Under the pieces are notes generated by a model that was given only the letters and a program-made list of their open reading frames with translations, made no database searches and was not told where the DNA came from. DNA of 64,000 nt from Convolutriloba macropyga (taxonomy: Eukaryota): NCBI RefSeq assembly GCF_964194025.1, contig NC_134481.1:7688001-7752000 (forward strand), given 5' to 3'. The stretch's first letter is position 1; the number at the start of each line of letters is the position of its first letter. The translations under genes were made by a program, and so were the position numbers. Of the stretch, positions 1 through 11,643 are shown in pieces.

Positions 1-299
1 TGCGTGCTACAACTTTGGAATGCTGATTAAAATGTCTCCTAAAAATTTGGAATGTTGATGGAAATGCTATTCAAATACGATGGTTTTCGATGTAATTTTG
101 CGATTCGAACGTTTACTTTTGTTAACCATTCTAGTTTCACTCAGATTCCAATCTTAGTTTACATTGGTTTTTCACTGACTAACATTTTTTTTTCTTATTT
201 TTGAAGGCTGTAAAGGACTCCTCACCCTCTTTAACTATCAATTATGAAGGACAATTTACCATAGGGGAGACAGAGTTACATACAGAAACAGTAGCCTAC

Positions 300-435
300 C
301 TTTGAGTCGTTTGGCTAATTCGACAGTGAATAGAATGTTTGCTAGTTTGCTCTGTCCGTATGCTTTCCAAGGCATGTACTCTCTGTCCAAGTGGATGTCA
401 TCAAAGTGGATCTGGGCTGTATCTCGAATGCCAGC
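300..435 (-). CDS. Retinol dehydrogenase-like SDR (RDH11-14 group), internal exon carrying the catalytic YxxxK motif; gene continues beyond the left edge of the window
   Basis: Manual translation between cgcag| acceptor (436) and |gtaggc donor (299): AGIRDTAQIHFDDIHLDREYMPWKAYGQSKLANILFTVELAKRLK; phase 0 start matches the phase 0 end of exon 14590-14930. Not in the ORF track in this frame. Confidence 0.92.
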
Positions 436-1302
436 CTGCGAAAAAGAGGTGAAATAAATAACAGAGCAACAAAACGGAGTGCTGAAATCGATTTAACACT
501 AAAGACCTCTCTTTGTGTCCCAGTTTCATACATCCGATTAGTCAAGTAGTCAGAATAACCGACAAGATGGCTCGATCAGAAAAATTAATTTAAAAAATTC
601 CATCACTGATGTCCGAATCCGAATTTCCTAGATGTCCGAGTCCCGTAACCCCAACTTTTACAATATTTTTGGGCAAATTCTATTTTGAGCAAACATTGTG
701 AACTCCAAGAAGAGTGGAGTCATTTGAGAAGTGTCACCCAATGCCAGGGGACCATCGTTTTTTGTAAATACTGTCTCACCCAACGAGCGGGGAGAACATA
801 AATAATTTTCCAGAGTTCAATGAAGATTGAAATGAGAAGAATTCTGAAATTTAAGGAGAACAGGACTGATGTTATAGAGAGCGATTGAGAAGAATGAAGA
901 ATTCTTCAACAAAACAAACACTCCCTTATTTGAACTTTTAATGAGCAAAAACTTTTGATTCCGAATCAAAGTTTGATAATAAAGATTTGTTTTAATTTAA
1001 CATTTCAAGTTTCTATAAATTATTTATTTCTTTTAAAAAAAATTTCCTGGATTGTTTTAATAAGAAACGGACAAAACATTAACTGAGAGACAAGACAAGC
1101 TATGGTTCAACGACTTTGCTTATATCGTGGTTTTATATCATTCCCTGCAATTTGCACAAGAGTAATACATTTGACTCACTTCTTTGAACCATATTGCTCT
1201 GACCAGAGTTCCTGGCGAGACGAAGTAACAAAGGAGAAAACTTTTTTGTTAAGTTAGTTTTGAATGATCGGTATATTTCTCGTAAAACTTGTGATTGCCA
1301 TC

Positions 1303-4266
1303 AACAAGGAGGCTCGGTAATGTGCGTCCGCACATAATGTTCCGACCCCGCTTATCCACAAGTTTGGCTGCATTGTTTGAACTACACTGCCTATTAAGGT
1401 TGTTTCTGTTGATAACTTGATAGGAATTCAAAATTTTTTATTGTCTACCAAATTGTCTACTAAAAAATCTCACATATTGGGATTAAAAATAGTTGACGCA
1501 TGAATAAAAAAATTGTTTCCAACTCAAAAAATTTAGTAAAGTAAATGATGCATATAATGTAAATAAAGCAACGTTAGTGGGCCGATGAAATCTGCCAATA
1601 TTAAGACTACAAGGAAAGACGAACAAAAAATCAAATGCCAACAAACACTTACAGTCAAAATTCAATGTCTATTTCTTGAAAGAAAATTACACAATAACTA
1701 AGTCAAAATAGCGTCAACTGAACCTAAACTAAACAAATTAAAACGTACTTCACTAGAAAAAAACATGGGACCAGTCCTTAATGAGACTCGGTAACAAGTA
1801 AACAGAAAGAACAGAAAGAACAAAAAAAAATACGTCTGTTTTCTTGAAAAGAATTGCACATTAAAAACAATGGGAAATCAATGGAAACAGGTTCATTTTC
1901 ATTCATACCTCAATTTGAAGACATTAAGACCTGTCATTATCCAGATTATGTCGTACGTCTACAAAAACAAACGACGAAGTCAGACGAAAAACAAAACTTT
2001 CATTAAATTTTGCAAGAAAACCGTAACCCATGTCCCAACCGTAAAAACCATAATCTATTCCGTAAAAAGGTATAATCAAAGGCGCCTTCTTTGAACACCA
2101 ATAATGAGACATCTGATCTATGAATAAAGAGACTAGGTAACAAGTATTAAAAATGATTTTAAATTGAAAACTTAATAAGAGATTTGTATTTTTCGAGAAA
2201 AATTCACAAACAAAAAATTAGCTTGTAAAGGAAATCACTAAATAGGTTCTTTTAGTTCTCAAACGAAAACCAATGAGATCTCTCATTATTCAGAATGTGT
2301 CATACGTCTACAAAAAGAACAAAAAATGAACAAAAATCAAAAGCTAAATCAAACTTTTGTGAAAAAAACCGTCATCGAAGCCGTTAAAGCAATGCACGAT
2401 AAAACCCTTAGATATATTCAATTCTGCCTTTCTTCAGCAACAATTATTTGATATGCGACCTGTAAATAATGAGACTAGGTAGCAAATAGACAATAACGAA
2501 CAGCAAAGTGCAAATTTTAAAAAATCTAATTTTTTGTCATGAAAAACTAAAACTATTAACTGAAAACACTGAACAGGTTCCCTTTTTCATCCGAGAAAGC
2601 CCTTAAGACCTGCAATTGTCCCGAATTTATCAATTATCCCGAAATCAAAAATTTAATTATTCTCTCGCGAAAAACCAGGATTGAATCCGTTAAAACAAGA
2701 AGCAACGCACTGAAAACCATAGACAAATTCCAATTTGCTTATCTTCAACACCAATAATTTCCTATGCGACCTGCAATTAATGACACTAGGTGACAAGTAG
2801 ACAGCAAAGTTAAAAATGTCCTATATTTTAAAATATTTGAGTTCGAAGTCATGAAAAAATTAAGCGATCGACTGAAATCAGTAAATAGATTCTTTTTTTG
2901 ATCCATAGGAATCCACGACCTGCAGCCATCCAGAATTTGTCAAACAACAACAAAAAGAACGACAAATAAACATGAAAATAAAACGAAATTCCATTAAATT
3001 CTGATAGAAGACGGTTTCAAAACATTTAAAACCATAAACTATTCAATGAAAAACCGATGAGTTCAATTGTACCTTCTTTTGAAATACCAGTCAAATGATA
3101 TCTGACCTGTCAATTATGTGACAAGACAAGAAAACGAACCTCAATGATGCGAAAAGATCTGAAAAACAAAAAAAAACATTGTGAAAACTCGTAGTATCGA
3201 GGCAGAAAAACCAATACTTCAAACGTAAAACCGCATTGAAAGAACAAATTTTAGTCCATTAAAAAGGCAATGTGATATGTCTTCGCTGACCTCAGGCAAC
3301 AAGTTGACCAAAAATGAGAAAAAAAGTCAAACACCCAGTGTTCATAGTGAAAATATATATTTCTAAGTCAAAACGAAAATAGGCTTTAAACTTAAAAGTA
3401 GATAGGTTTCTTGAGACTAATTAGAAAGCCAATTGGACCTGTTATTAATATGACTGGATTTGAATTGTTCTCTTCTGTAATTTAGCCAAAAATCAAAACA
3501 GACAAAAATAATTTTAAAAAAAGCATCGACAAATTAAAACAGCGATTAAACCAAATCCACCTTCCTATTGCCCTTGGTTAATAATAAAAAACTGTTCCAA
3601 ATATTATGGATATGGATAATGCGACTAAAAAACTCCATATATCAAAAAAAAGATGTACTTTGCATAATTATCGAGTTAAACTTTCAAAAAAAACCTGCAA
3701 AATTTTAATTCAAGAACATTTGCAAAGTTTCTACAAAAACCACCATCCTTCTTTGCAGTAACAAAGATGATGTCAGTAGTTTTTAGGTGTTATTCTGGCA
3801 AATTTAAACAAAGATGATTGAAGAGCTTATGTCGTTTAATTTTTGATGCAAAAAGGCTGAATACTGAAAAAAAATTCTAGAAAAAAATTTAAAACTATAG
3901 CTATCAACTATAATCAGTGAATTGGTTCCCTTTTTCTTCCAAAGGAAACCAATAACATCTGCAATTATCCCGAATTTATCAATCGTCCCGAAATCAAAAA
4001 TTTAATTAATCTCTTGCAAAAAAAACTGGTATTGAAGCCGTTAAAACAATAAGCAACGCACTAAAAACCAAAATTATAGCCAAAAAATTGGATGAAACAG
4101 TTCAAGTTCAAAAGCACTTTGCTGTTGATCATGGTAAAACCAACAACACTATCGTTACATATTTGTTAAGCAAATTGGCAAAAAATGCTTTAAAACACGC
4201 AAATGTGAACAGTAACAACGAAAATCCGTCAAATGTTCAAAATTTTAAACTTCGATAACTCCCTGA
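1303..4266 (-). mobile_element. Helentron/DINE-like non-autonomous element, copy A (one end missing)
   Basis: Begins aacaaggaggctcggtaatgtgcgtccgcacataatgttccgaccccgc (hairpin plus subterminal IR) as at 17431 and 39038; shares internal ~330 bp subrepeats; similarity to copy B is lost near 4266. Confidence 0.6.
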
Positions 4267-6559
4267 ACATTGTTCCAGAGTTTAATATAATTGCTTTTAC
4301 AGCCAACAAAATTTTCATTGGGAACTTGTTAAACTGAGGGTCAAATTCCGCGATCTTGTTAATCAAATTAACTTTTTTCTGATCAAACTTTTTTAAAAAA
4401 TCTGCTAAACGATTAAAAAAGTCTGATTAAAATATTAATACGCAACTTTCAGTACAAGCAGCAATCATCGAACACAAAAGTACGAAAGAAAAACATTCAT
4501 CGCAACAGTCTTTTCATAGCTTATAATATGAATTCAGAATCTTTCGCAAAATGATGAAATAACTCAACAAAATTTGTAACCTCCAAAACAGTTTTAAGCT
4601 ATTCGTTATTCTTGAACAAAAATTTGAACAGAAGGCTCGGTAATGCGCATTTGGATATAATGTTCTAACTTTAACAAGCTCGTCCACATTATTGGCTTAA
4701 TTGTCAACAAGCAAAGTCGAGTTGACTCGAATACTGACGCTTATGAAAGGAACTCCCTTTGACCGTCAAAAAAGCAAATGACCATACATTTAGGGAAATA
4801 AAGAACGCTGAGAAAAAAAATATGAAGAATTCATTTTTCTTCAAAAACGTGGGTTGTTAAAATTATCAAATACAAATTCCAAGATAATGATATTATGAAC
4901 AATACGCGTTCCCAGCAAACATACACCAGCAATGCACAATAATGAGAAAAAGCAACGAGAACGGTCAAAATGGACAATTGCAAAATTAAAAATATTTTTG
5001 AAAAAAAGTGTCGTCAAAGTTAAAAGAACACGTAACCAAATATCAAAATATTTAAACACTTCTTACGACGCGTTGCTAAAAAACAACTAACATCATTTTG
5101 TTTTAATAAGCGACCAAATGCCAAAAACATCAATTAATGAAAACAAAAAATGAAGATATGCAAAACCCATATTGCTCACAATAATGGTCGATTAGTAAAC
5201 AATATTAGCTATAAACAGATAACGCTCAGCGAACTGTATAATGCCACATCAGAGAGTCGATGAGGACCAACTTTTTAAATTAAAACATTTTTTAATGAGC
5301 AAACAAACCAGAAACTACTCAAAAATTCAATCTTTAATTAACAAGAATTATCGCAGTCAGCTGTTAGATGAAAACTAAAACCACCTAAAAGACTTAATGA
5401 CATTTTACTAAAAACCAGCTGAAATTAATCAGACTAAACTACAATTCTACAAAAGCAACAGTCTCAATTCAAATTTAGGAAGTGGTTGCAGAAGTCAAAT
5501 AAGCTGAGTGGGGTGATTCATGCATGCTCAGACAATTCAACGCACAGCTAACCCAATAATCACAAAAGGAATACAGTTAAAATTCAACTCAGCCAAAAAA
5601 ACTGAACCGCCGAGCGGTATATAACTAAGAAGTAGTAAATAAAAGTTTGACATTTTGTTTATTACAACCCAAAAAATTAACGAATTGATCAATATATTTA
5701 CATCAAAAGCCTTTCATTGTCAGCAAGGCTCATGACTATGACCCTATATAAGCAAAAAGCAAAAAAAAACAAAATGCGAGATTAGAAACTGAATAGTCTT
5801 TTTGCAGAACTATTTTCGTTAGAATTGCCAAAATCATACACATGTTGACAACCTTCACAATAAGATGAGCAAAAAAATCACACACCAGCATTGTTGGAGA
5901 AAATTGGAAAACACGCAATGAGAAAGACAAAAATGGACACTCGTCAACTCTCAAAATGTTTTCAATTACGAACAGTGTAAAACAATAGATGAAACCTAAA
6001 AGCACTTGAGTTACGCCACTTTACATTGCTATTTAGCAGCTGACACCTGACGAAAATGAGACCAAGTTAAAGTCGACAATTAGAGTGACCAGTAGATAAG
6101 GCCAAAATTTTTCAAAACACAGTTATTGCAGAGAAACATAGAAACCATGAGCCATTAATAACGTTTTCATATGCAAAGGCACCTTCATAAAAGCTTCAAT
6201 AAGAAATGGACATTTAAGATCAGAAGACAACAAATACCATTGAAAACTCATACATTAACAATATTTTTCATGGAAAGTGTCAAAGTCATTAAAATCAAAA
6301 ACTACCTGTTACCGATTCCAATAACAGTATACATTATCAGACCACGTACATTCAATTTGGTAGCACTTGCGTGTAGACAACAAGAAAACAGCAAAAACAG
6401 AACATAAACTGCCGCACGTGAAAAAAATTCTCCAAAAACCAAAAAATGTTCAAACACCAATTTCTTGCTTGAGAAATTTACAATTTATAATTTTCCACTT
6501 TGACCCTCCATATGCTGTTCCAGAGTGATTAACACCACACTCAAACTAAATCTTTGATT

Positions 6560-7300
6560 GATATCAAAGATGTCGAAAAATGTGAACAATCTTTTAAAAA
6601 AGCCAGAAACCATAATCCAAAATATTAGGATTATGGACGGCCAGCCTGGGGTCAACAATACCTCACCATCACTTTCAGTCTATTATAATTTTGAAGAACC
6701 AGCTCTCCATTCAATTAATTCTTCTCTTAGGAATTCTATCAACTGAGCGCTTCAAATTTCGAAAATCCAAAAGTGACAGGTTTTTTCTGCAGGGCATTGA
6801 ACATGGGCTTATAATACTATTTGAGGGAAGCAATTGCTTTTACAGACAAGCCACAAAACTGCTTGATATTATCCTAAAGATTGAACAACGGGCAAATATT
6901 GAACAGTACATAAGGGCACTCTAGAGACGACACAGAAGAACAAACAATCCAATCGAAGAGGGTAACTAAAGTTTAAAAAACTTGTATGACTAGCCTGCTA
7001 TAGACGTTCAATTTGACTTTCACAATCTAGAATAAAATTTAATTTTCAGTTATCTAAAATTGTTTCTCACGTCAGTTGACGCGACTTCAGCATTTATTAG
7101 AAATCACCCCAGACAAGATATCACGTTGGAAATTCAATTACCAACGAAATGGCACAATAAATTCAGTAAAACTTCCGTGCAAAAACATTGTAAAGAATCT
7201 AATAAGGAACAGAAGTTTGCGCTGATTAAAAAATGTGGGCCGACTTTGACTAAGAATGCCAAAAAGAATTCACAAAATAATGATTGCAATCACCCATTAT
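6560..7300 (+). mobile_element. Possible highly decayed LINE RT C-terminal fragment
   Basis: gattatggacggccagcctggggt (~6629) encodes DYGRPAWG, resembling the LDYxxPxW motif of LINE ORF2; remainder frameshifted. Confidence 0.3.
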
Positions 7301-7576
7301 AAAACATAAGCCGATCAACGTCAGACAAATTCTCAAAATGAAATTTTCCACCTTGAAAAATACCCATTGCTTGGAAATTTAAGAGCTGGACTATTAGGGT
7401 CATGAAAAAGTTAGTAATTAATTATGACTACTGATTTGAGAAACGTATTTTTCTAGTTTCCGGTCCCAGCCCAACCACATAAAATCATTGATAAAACACA
7501 AGATATAAAATAGCAAAATCTCTTTCAAACAATAATTTTATCCCAACAAATAGCACCCTCACAACTCATACATTAT

Positions 7577-9249
7577 TCACATTTGTTTGATTGAAGTTAT
7601 TTCAATTGTTCCATCTTCCGACACTTCCTCTTGATTATTTTTCTCCAATATAAAGTTGAATACTTCAAACGCATACATCCCAATGACAATAAATATGAAG
7701 CAAAACGACCCAGCTCCCGAAACCACGCATGCTAGAATTGATGGTCCAGGGCAGAAGAAACAAAACCCCCAACCAATTCCAAATAAAAGTGATCCGGATA
7801 TCAATCTCCAATCCAGTGCGTCTTTGCAGGGAAGTTGGTATTCTTCAGTTAGCAATGGTTTGTCCTTTCGCTTTCTCAAAATGAGCTGAAAAGTTACCAG
7901 GTTGAAAGTAACAGCCGATATCAAAACCATCAGAAGAGTGATGTCCCAGTTTTTGTCAAAAGCTAAAAAGTTTCTGACTTTGCTCGGTCGGGTCATCCCC
8001 GATAACGACAAACCGACTCCGAAAACAATGCCCAGTATGTACTTGATAAAATAATGTCTGAGATCTGCAGAAAGTTGTTCAACTCCGTTGATAGCGAAAC
8101 TGACAATCCATAAGCAAATCATGAATATGAGGAGTATCCCGAGCATGATTCCAGCGACGGTTTCTGAAGCCTCCCGATCGAAGGATTCTCGTAAATCTTC
8201 AAGAAAGTCAATTTTGAAGAAACCTGAAACGGACATTGCGAAGTAAAATATAATCTCAGCTTCACAGAATTGTGTTTTCTCTAGGAAAGATCTCCATGCC
8301 CAGTCATGTTCACAATTATGCATTTTATTCGCCACTTACCATCAATTCATAGCAAAAATTGATCTTTTCAACAACCCCCCCCCCCCCCCCCCCCCCTGTT
8401 GCCAGGTAGAAAATTTCCCCCTTTCTGTGTTGTACTTCGACGACAATGTTCTTGGCCTAAAGTTTAGACAGCATTATACCAGTTTCTGCGAGACCACTGT
8501 TCACGGTCATGTTTCTCAATTGCTGTGGGATGTAATGCGGAATCGCCTGTCGGTTATCTTGCAGGTTGGATTTTTTTCAATTTATATTCTAATTCGACTC
8601 AAAGCATTAGCATTGCTTAATTTATTCTATTGCGTTTACCATACCATTCAAATGCGTGGAATTTTAATACTCGTTTATGATTGGTTAGTAAATCGTCCGT
8701 TGAAATTCTATTCAAGAATTGCCCAATAGGGTAAAATTGTTGACAAGATCCTTAAATTTATACTATATAGAACAGGTCAATCTTACCTGTATGTCTCAGG
8801 ATATTTGCAGTTGCTAGAGCTAGTCCAAAGAAACATCCAACAGCAACGAACGACCGCTTCGAGAACCTTGCCAATCCCGAGACACCATGTCCACTTGTGC
8901 ACCCGTTGCCCAATCGAGTTCCAAACCCAACTAGGAGTCCTCCGAACAAAAGCCGGAACGCATTCGGGGCCTCGGAATCCGCATCGTACAACTCAATGTC
9001 TTCAGATCCGATTGTCAATTCCCGACCTCCGAAGATTAAATACGCAACCAATATTGACGAAATGAGGCCACAGATATAAGTCAATTTCCAGAAAAACCCA
9101 GATTTAATTCGAAGCATTAGGGACACAGAAAGGTATCCACTAAGCCCCGTAAGATGTCCGTAAAGAAAGAGATTCAAAGTCGAGCTGATGCCAATTAAAA
9201 GACCTCCCGCTAAACCACGGGCTACATCCACACCATCAAAATTTACCAT
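7577..9249 (-). CDS. YeeE/YedE-family (TsuA/PmpAB-like) sulfur/thiosulfate transporter, two exons join(9249..8787, 8223..7577), ~369 aa
   Basis: Exon 1 has GGLLIG...GLSG and GGLLVGFGTRLGNGCTSGHGVSGLARFSKRS; exon 2 has FGVGLSLSGMTRPSKVRNFL..WD and DWRLISGSLLFGIGWGFCFFCPGP, the two hallmark halves of YeeE/YedE proteins. Phase-1 intron 8786..8224 (GTAAGA...tttcAG) joins them in frame (..LRHT-G-FFKID..). Confidence 0.93.
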
Positions 9250-9345
9250 TATACACTCACCTAATTACAATATTATTTGAAGTAATTTTAACTTGTCACA
9301 AAGCGGTTAAACTACTTTTACCAGCAGCTCAAAATATTAGCAAAG

Positions 9346-9351
9346 TTTATA
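9346..9351 (-). promoter_or_regulatory. Putative TATA box for the YeeE/YedE gene
   Basis: TATAAA on the minus strand ~97 bp upstream of the ATG at 9249; AT-rich background makes this weak. Confidence 0.25.
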
Positions 9352-11643
9352 CTTAGACGTACGGGAATAGCAAGATTGTTATATTTGTAGAAGGTTATTG
9401 ATTATTTTGAACATACTTCAGTAACTCTCAAATGATTAATGGTCCAAAATTAAACAAATTTTAAAAATAATAAGCACATGACTGCTGGAACGCGATAGTA
9501 ATTGTTATTTTAAAAACTTCAAGAATATTATGAAAAAATTGACTAAGGCGCAAAATTATGGATAAAAAATTATGTTCATAAGGACATTTATGAGATAGAT
9601 ATACAGACTAATGTACTAATAAAGTACGTGCAGCTTACAGAGGTCACAAAATCTTAATTTAAAATTATTGCTAATGGTACATGAAATAAAGGGGAAAAAT
9701 AATAAAACAAATTTATGCAGATAAAATGCAGCAAAACGAAGGCTCTGTTTTGAAAAACGGAGGAATTTCTCCGCAGAAAAGAACACTTTTTGCATATTAA
9801 AGTGAAGGAAATACGTCAATCTAATAACAAAGCCATATGCAAAACACTTGCTGCTGATTGATGAAAAACTGCGCAAAAATTAATTAGCAGTGATGAAATA
9901 TACAATAATATGAAAAAAAAACAACACAAGTTGACGTAATTAGATCCTCCAAATTGAACCTCTTTTTGAACTTTTGCAGCATTGAAGCCATGATTTTGTG
10001 TTAAATCTAGATTAGGAAAACAGCGCGGAGTTATAGCAAAACTAAGACAACATGCCATGTAACTAATACACCTCGAAATAACTTCATCAAAGTAAAGCTG
10101 TCGTAACAAGATGCAAAATCTCTTAGAAAACTTTGAACGGCGAACTGAACGTCATTCCATTAAAAAAAATCAGTCAAAAAAGTTAAATCTTTCATGAAAA
10201 AAAGGCTTTCTTGAAAATATTTCAAATCATAAATTGATGAAATAGCTGAACTTTTTGAAAAATGCTAAATGAATCAAATTTTGAGGAAATAATACAGCCA
10301 AACTGTAGACAAGCTGGCATATAATTCGACAGTTTGATCTCACTCTTACAAAACAGAAAAGAGTTTTTTACGTTAGGCTAGGACTTGTTAGTCACCTGTG
10401 TTCCATTCTCTATTCTTTCTATATCTTCTACTGTCTTCAAATGTAAAGAGAATATCCTTGTAAAAATTGATTCCCGTAATTAACTTAAAGAAGCAAGCTC
10501 TAACCCAACATGGATCCAACTAAAAAGCAAAAAAAAAATCGTGAACTCTCCAAGCTAAAAAAAGAATCATGTGCTTGAAACCTGTGCAATAAAAAAACGA
10601 CAGAAATTAAAAAAACAAGACGGCTCGTGTGATTCTGTGCCTTGCACAGATTGTTCCAATATACGTCTCACATTTTAAAACTTTTTTGTTTGTAGAGGAA
10701 AAGCTCTTTTGATCATCAGTTTTGCTTTGCTCAGATTGAAAAAATTTTGCTGTATACCTTGAATACAACATTCATCACTATGTACACTGGAAACAAATAT
10801 TTTCAAAAAAACGTAACTTCAGAAAGTTTACCTTATCGAGAGCAATCAGTGACAAAGAAAATGCATCTTAAACGATCACAGACAATATTTTACTAAAAGA
10901 AATTACAGCGATCATTTTACACGATAAAAGATGCAAACAACTAATAGACTCAATTTTTTTCATCTGTTTTTTCTCTTTGAAAATACGCCCAAATGACTGT
11001 AGTAATTTTTAACAGTTAGTTACACTGAATATCCAGTTGAACTTTTTTTCTCAAAAATGTAACCGAATATCAAGAACTAATTTAAACAAAATCAGAAATG
11101 TTGTAGAAATGTTCATTGTCTAGTTTTGTCTTTTTTGGTAAGAACGCTGTTTGAAGTTACTTTCAAATAACTTCTCTTATCTTCGGAAAATTTCTAATTT
11201 CTAACTATTTGAATCGAACACAACAAAAACGTTTTCTCAACTTACTTAAACAAAATTCTTTTAAATTTACTTAAACAAAAAGTGGTAATAAGTTCAACGG
11301 GCGGTTGCTCTGTTGACAAAGATAACATGCTTCTCGGCTTTGTTCCCAAATGACTGTTCATTCTTGTTTTCTTGCTACAAAATCCCCATATGTAACTATT
11401 TCAGAATTTCGGACTCAAGTATTTGCTTTTGGCTATATTTTCTAGAAATTGATAAAAATTTTCAATACCTAAAAAAACAAATTTATCTGTTTTTTGTTAT
11501 TTAAAGTAGAGACCACGTTTCAGGGATCTTGTTGCTCCAGAAATAAAATTCCAACATGCCTGGTTTCACTGTAAAACTAAGGACCAAGGATACAGCAAAA
11601 CAACGCCAAGCGCCAGTAGTACTGGTACATTTGTATTTATGGC

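Noticed and set aside
8224-8335. N-terminal 37 aa of ORF 7577..8335 (MANKMHN...) as a separate gene start
   Set aside because: Starts at GTG and lies within the inferred intron; homology and splice phase indicate the true exon begins at 8223
8340-8363. Extra microexon inside the YeeE intron (strong GTAAGT donor at 8339)
   Set aside because: In the required phase it contains a TGA and the acceptor is weak
9250-9265. SDR-YeeE fusion protein via the AG just upstream of the YeeE ATG
   Set aside because: Splicing the phase-0 SDR exon to 9260 gives GTG AGT GTA TAA, an immediate stop
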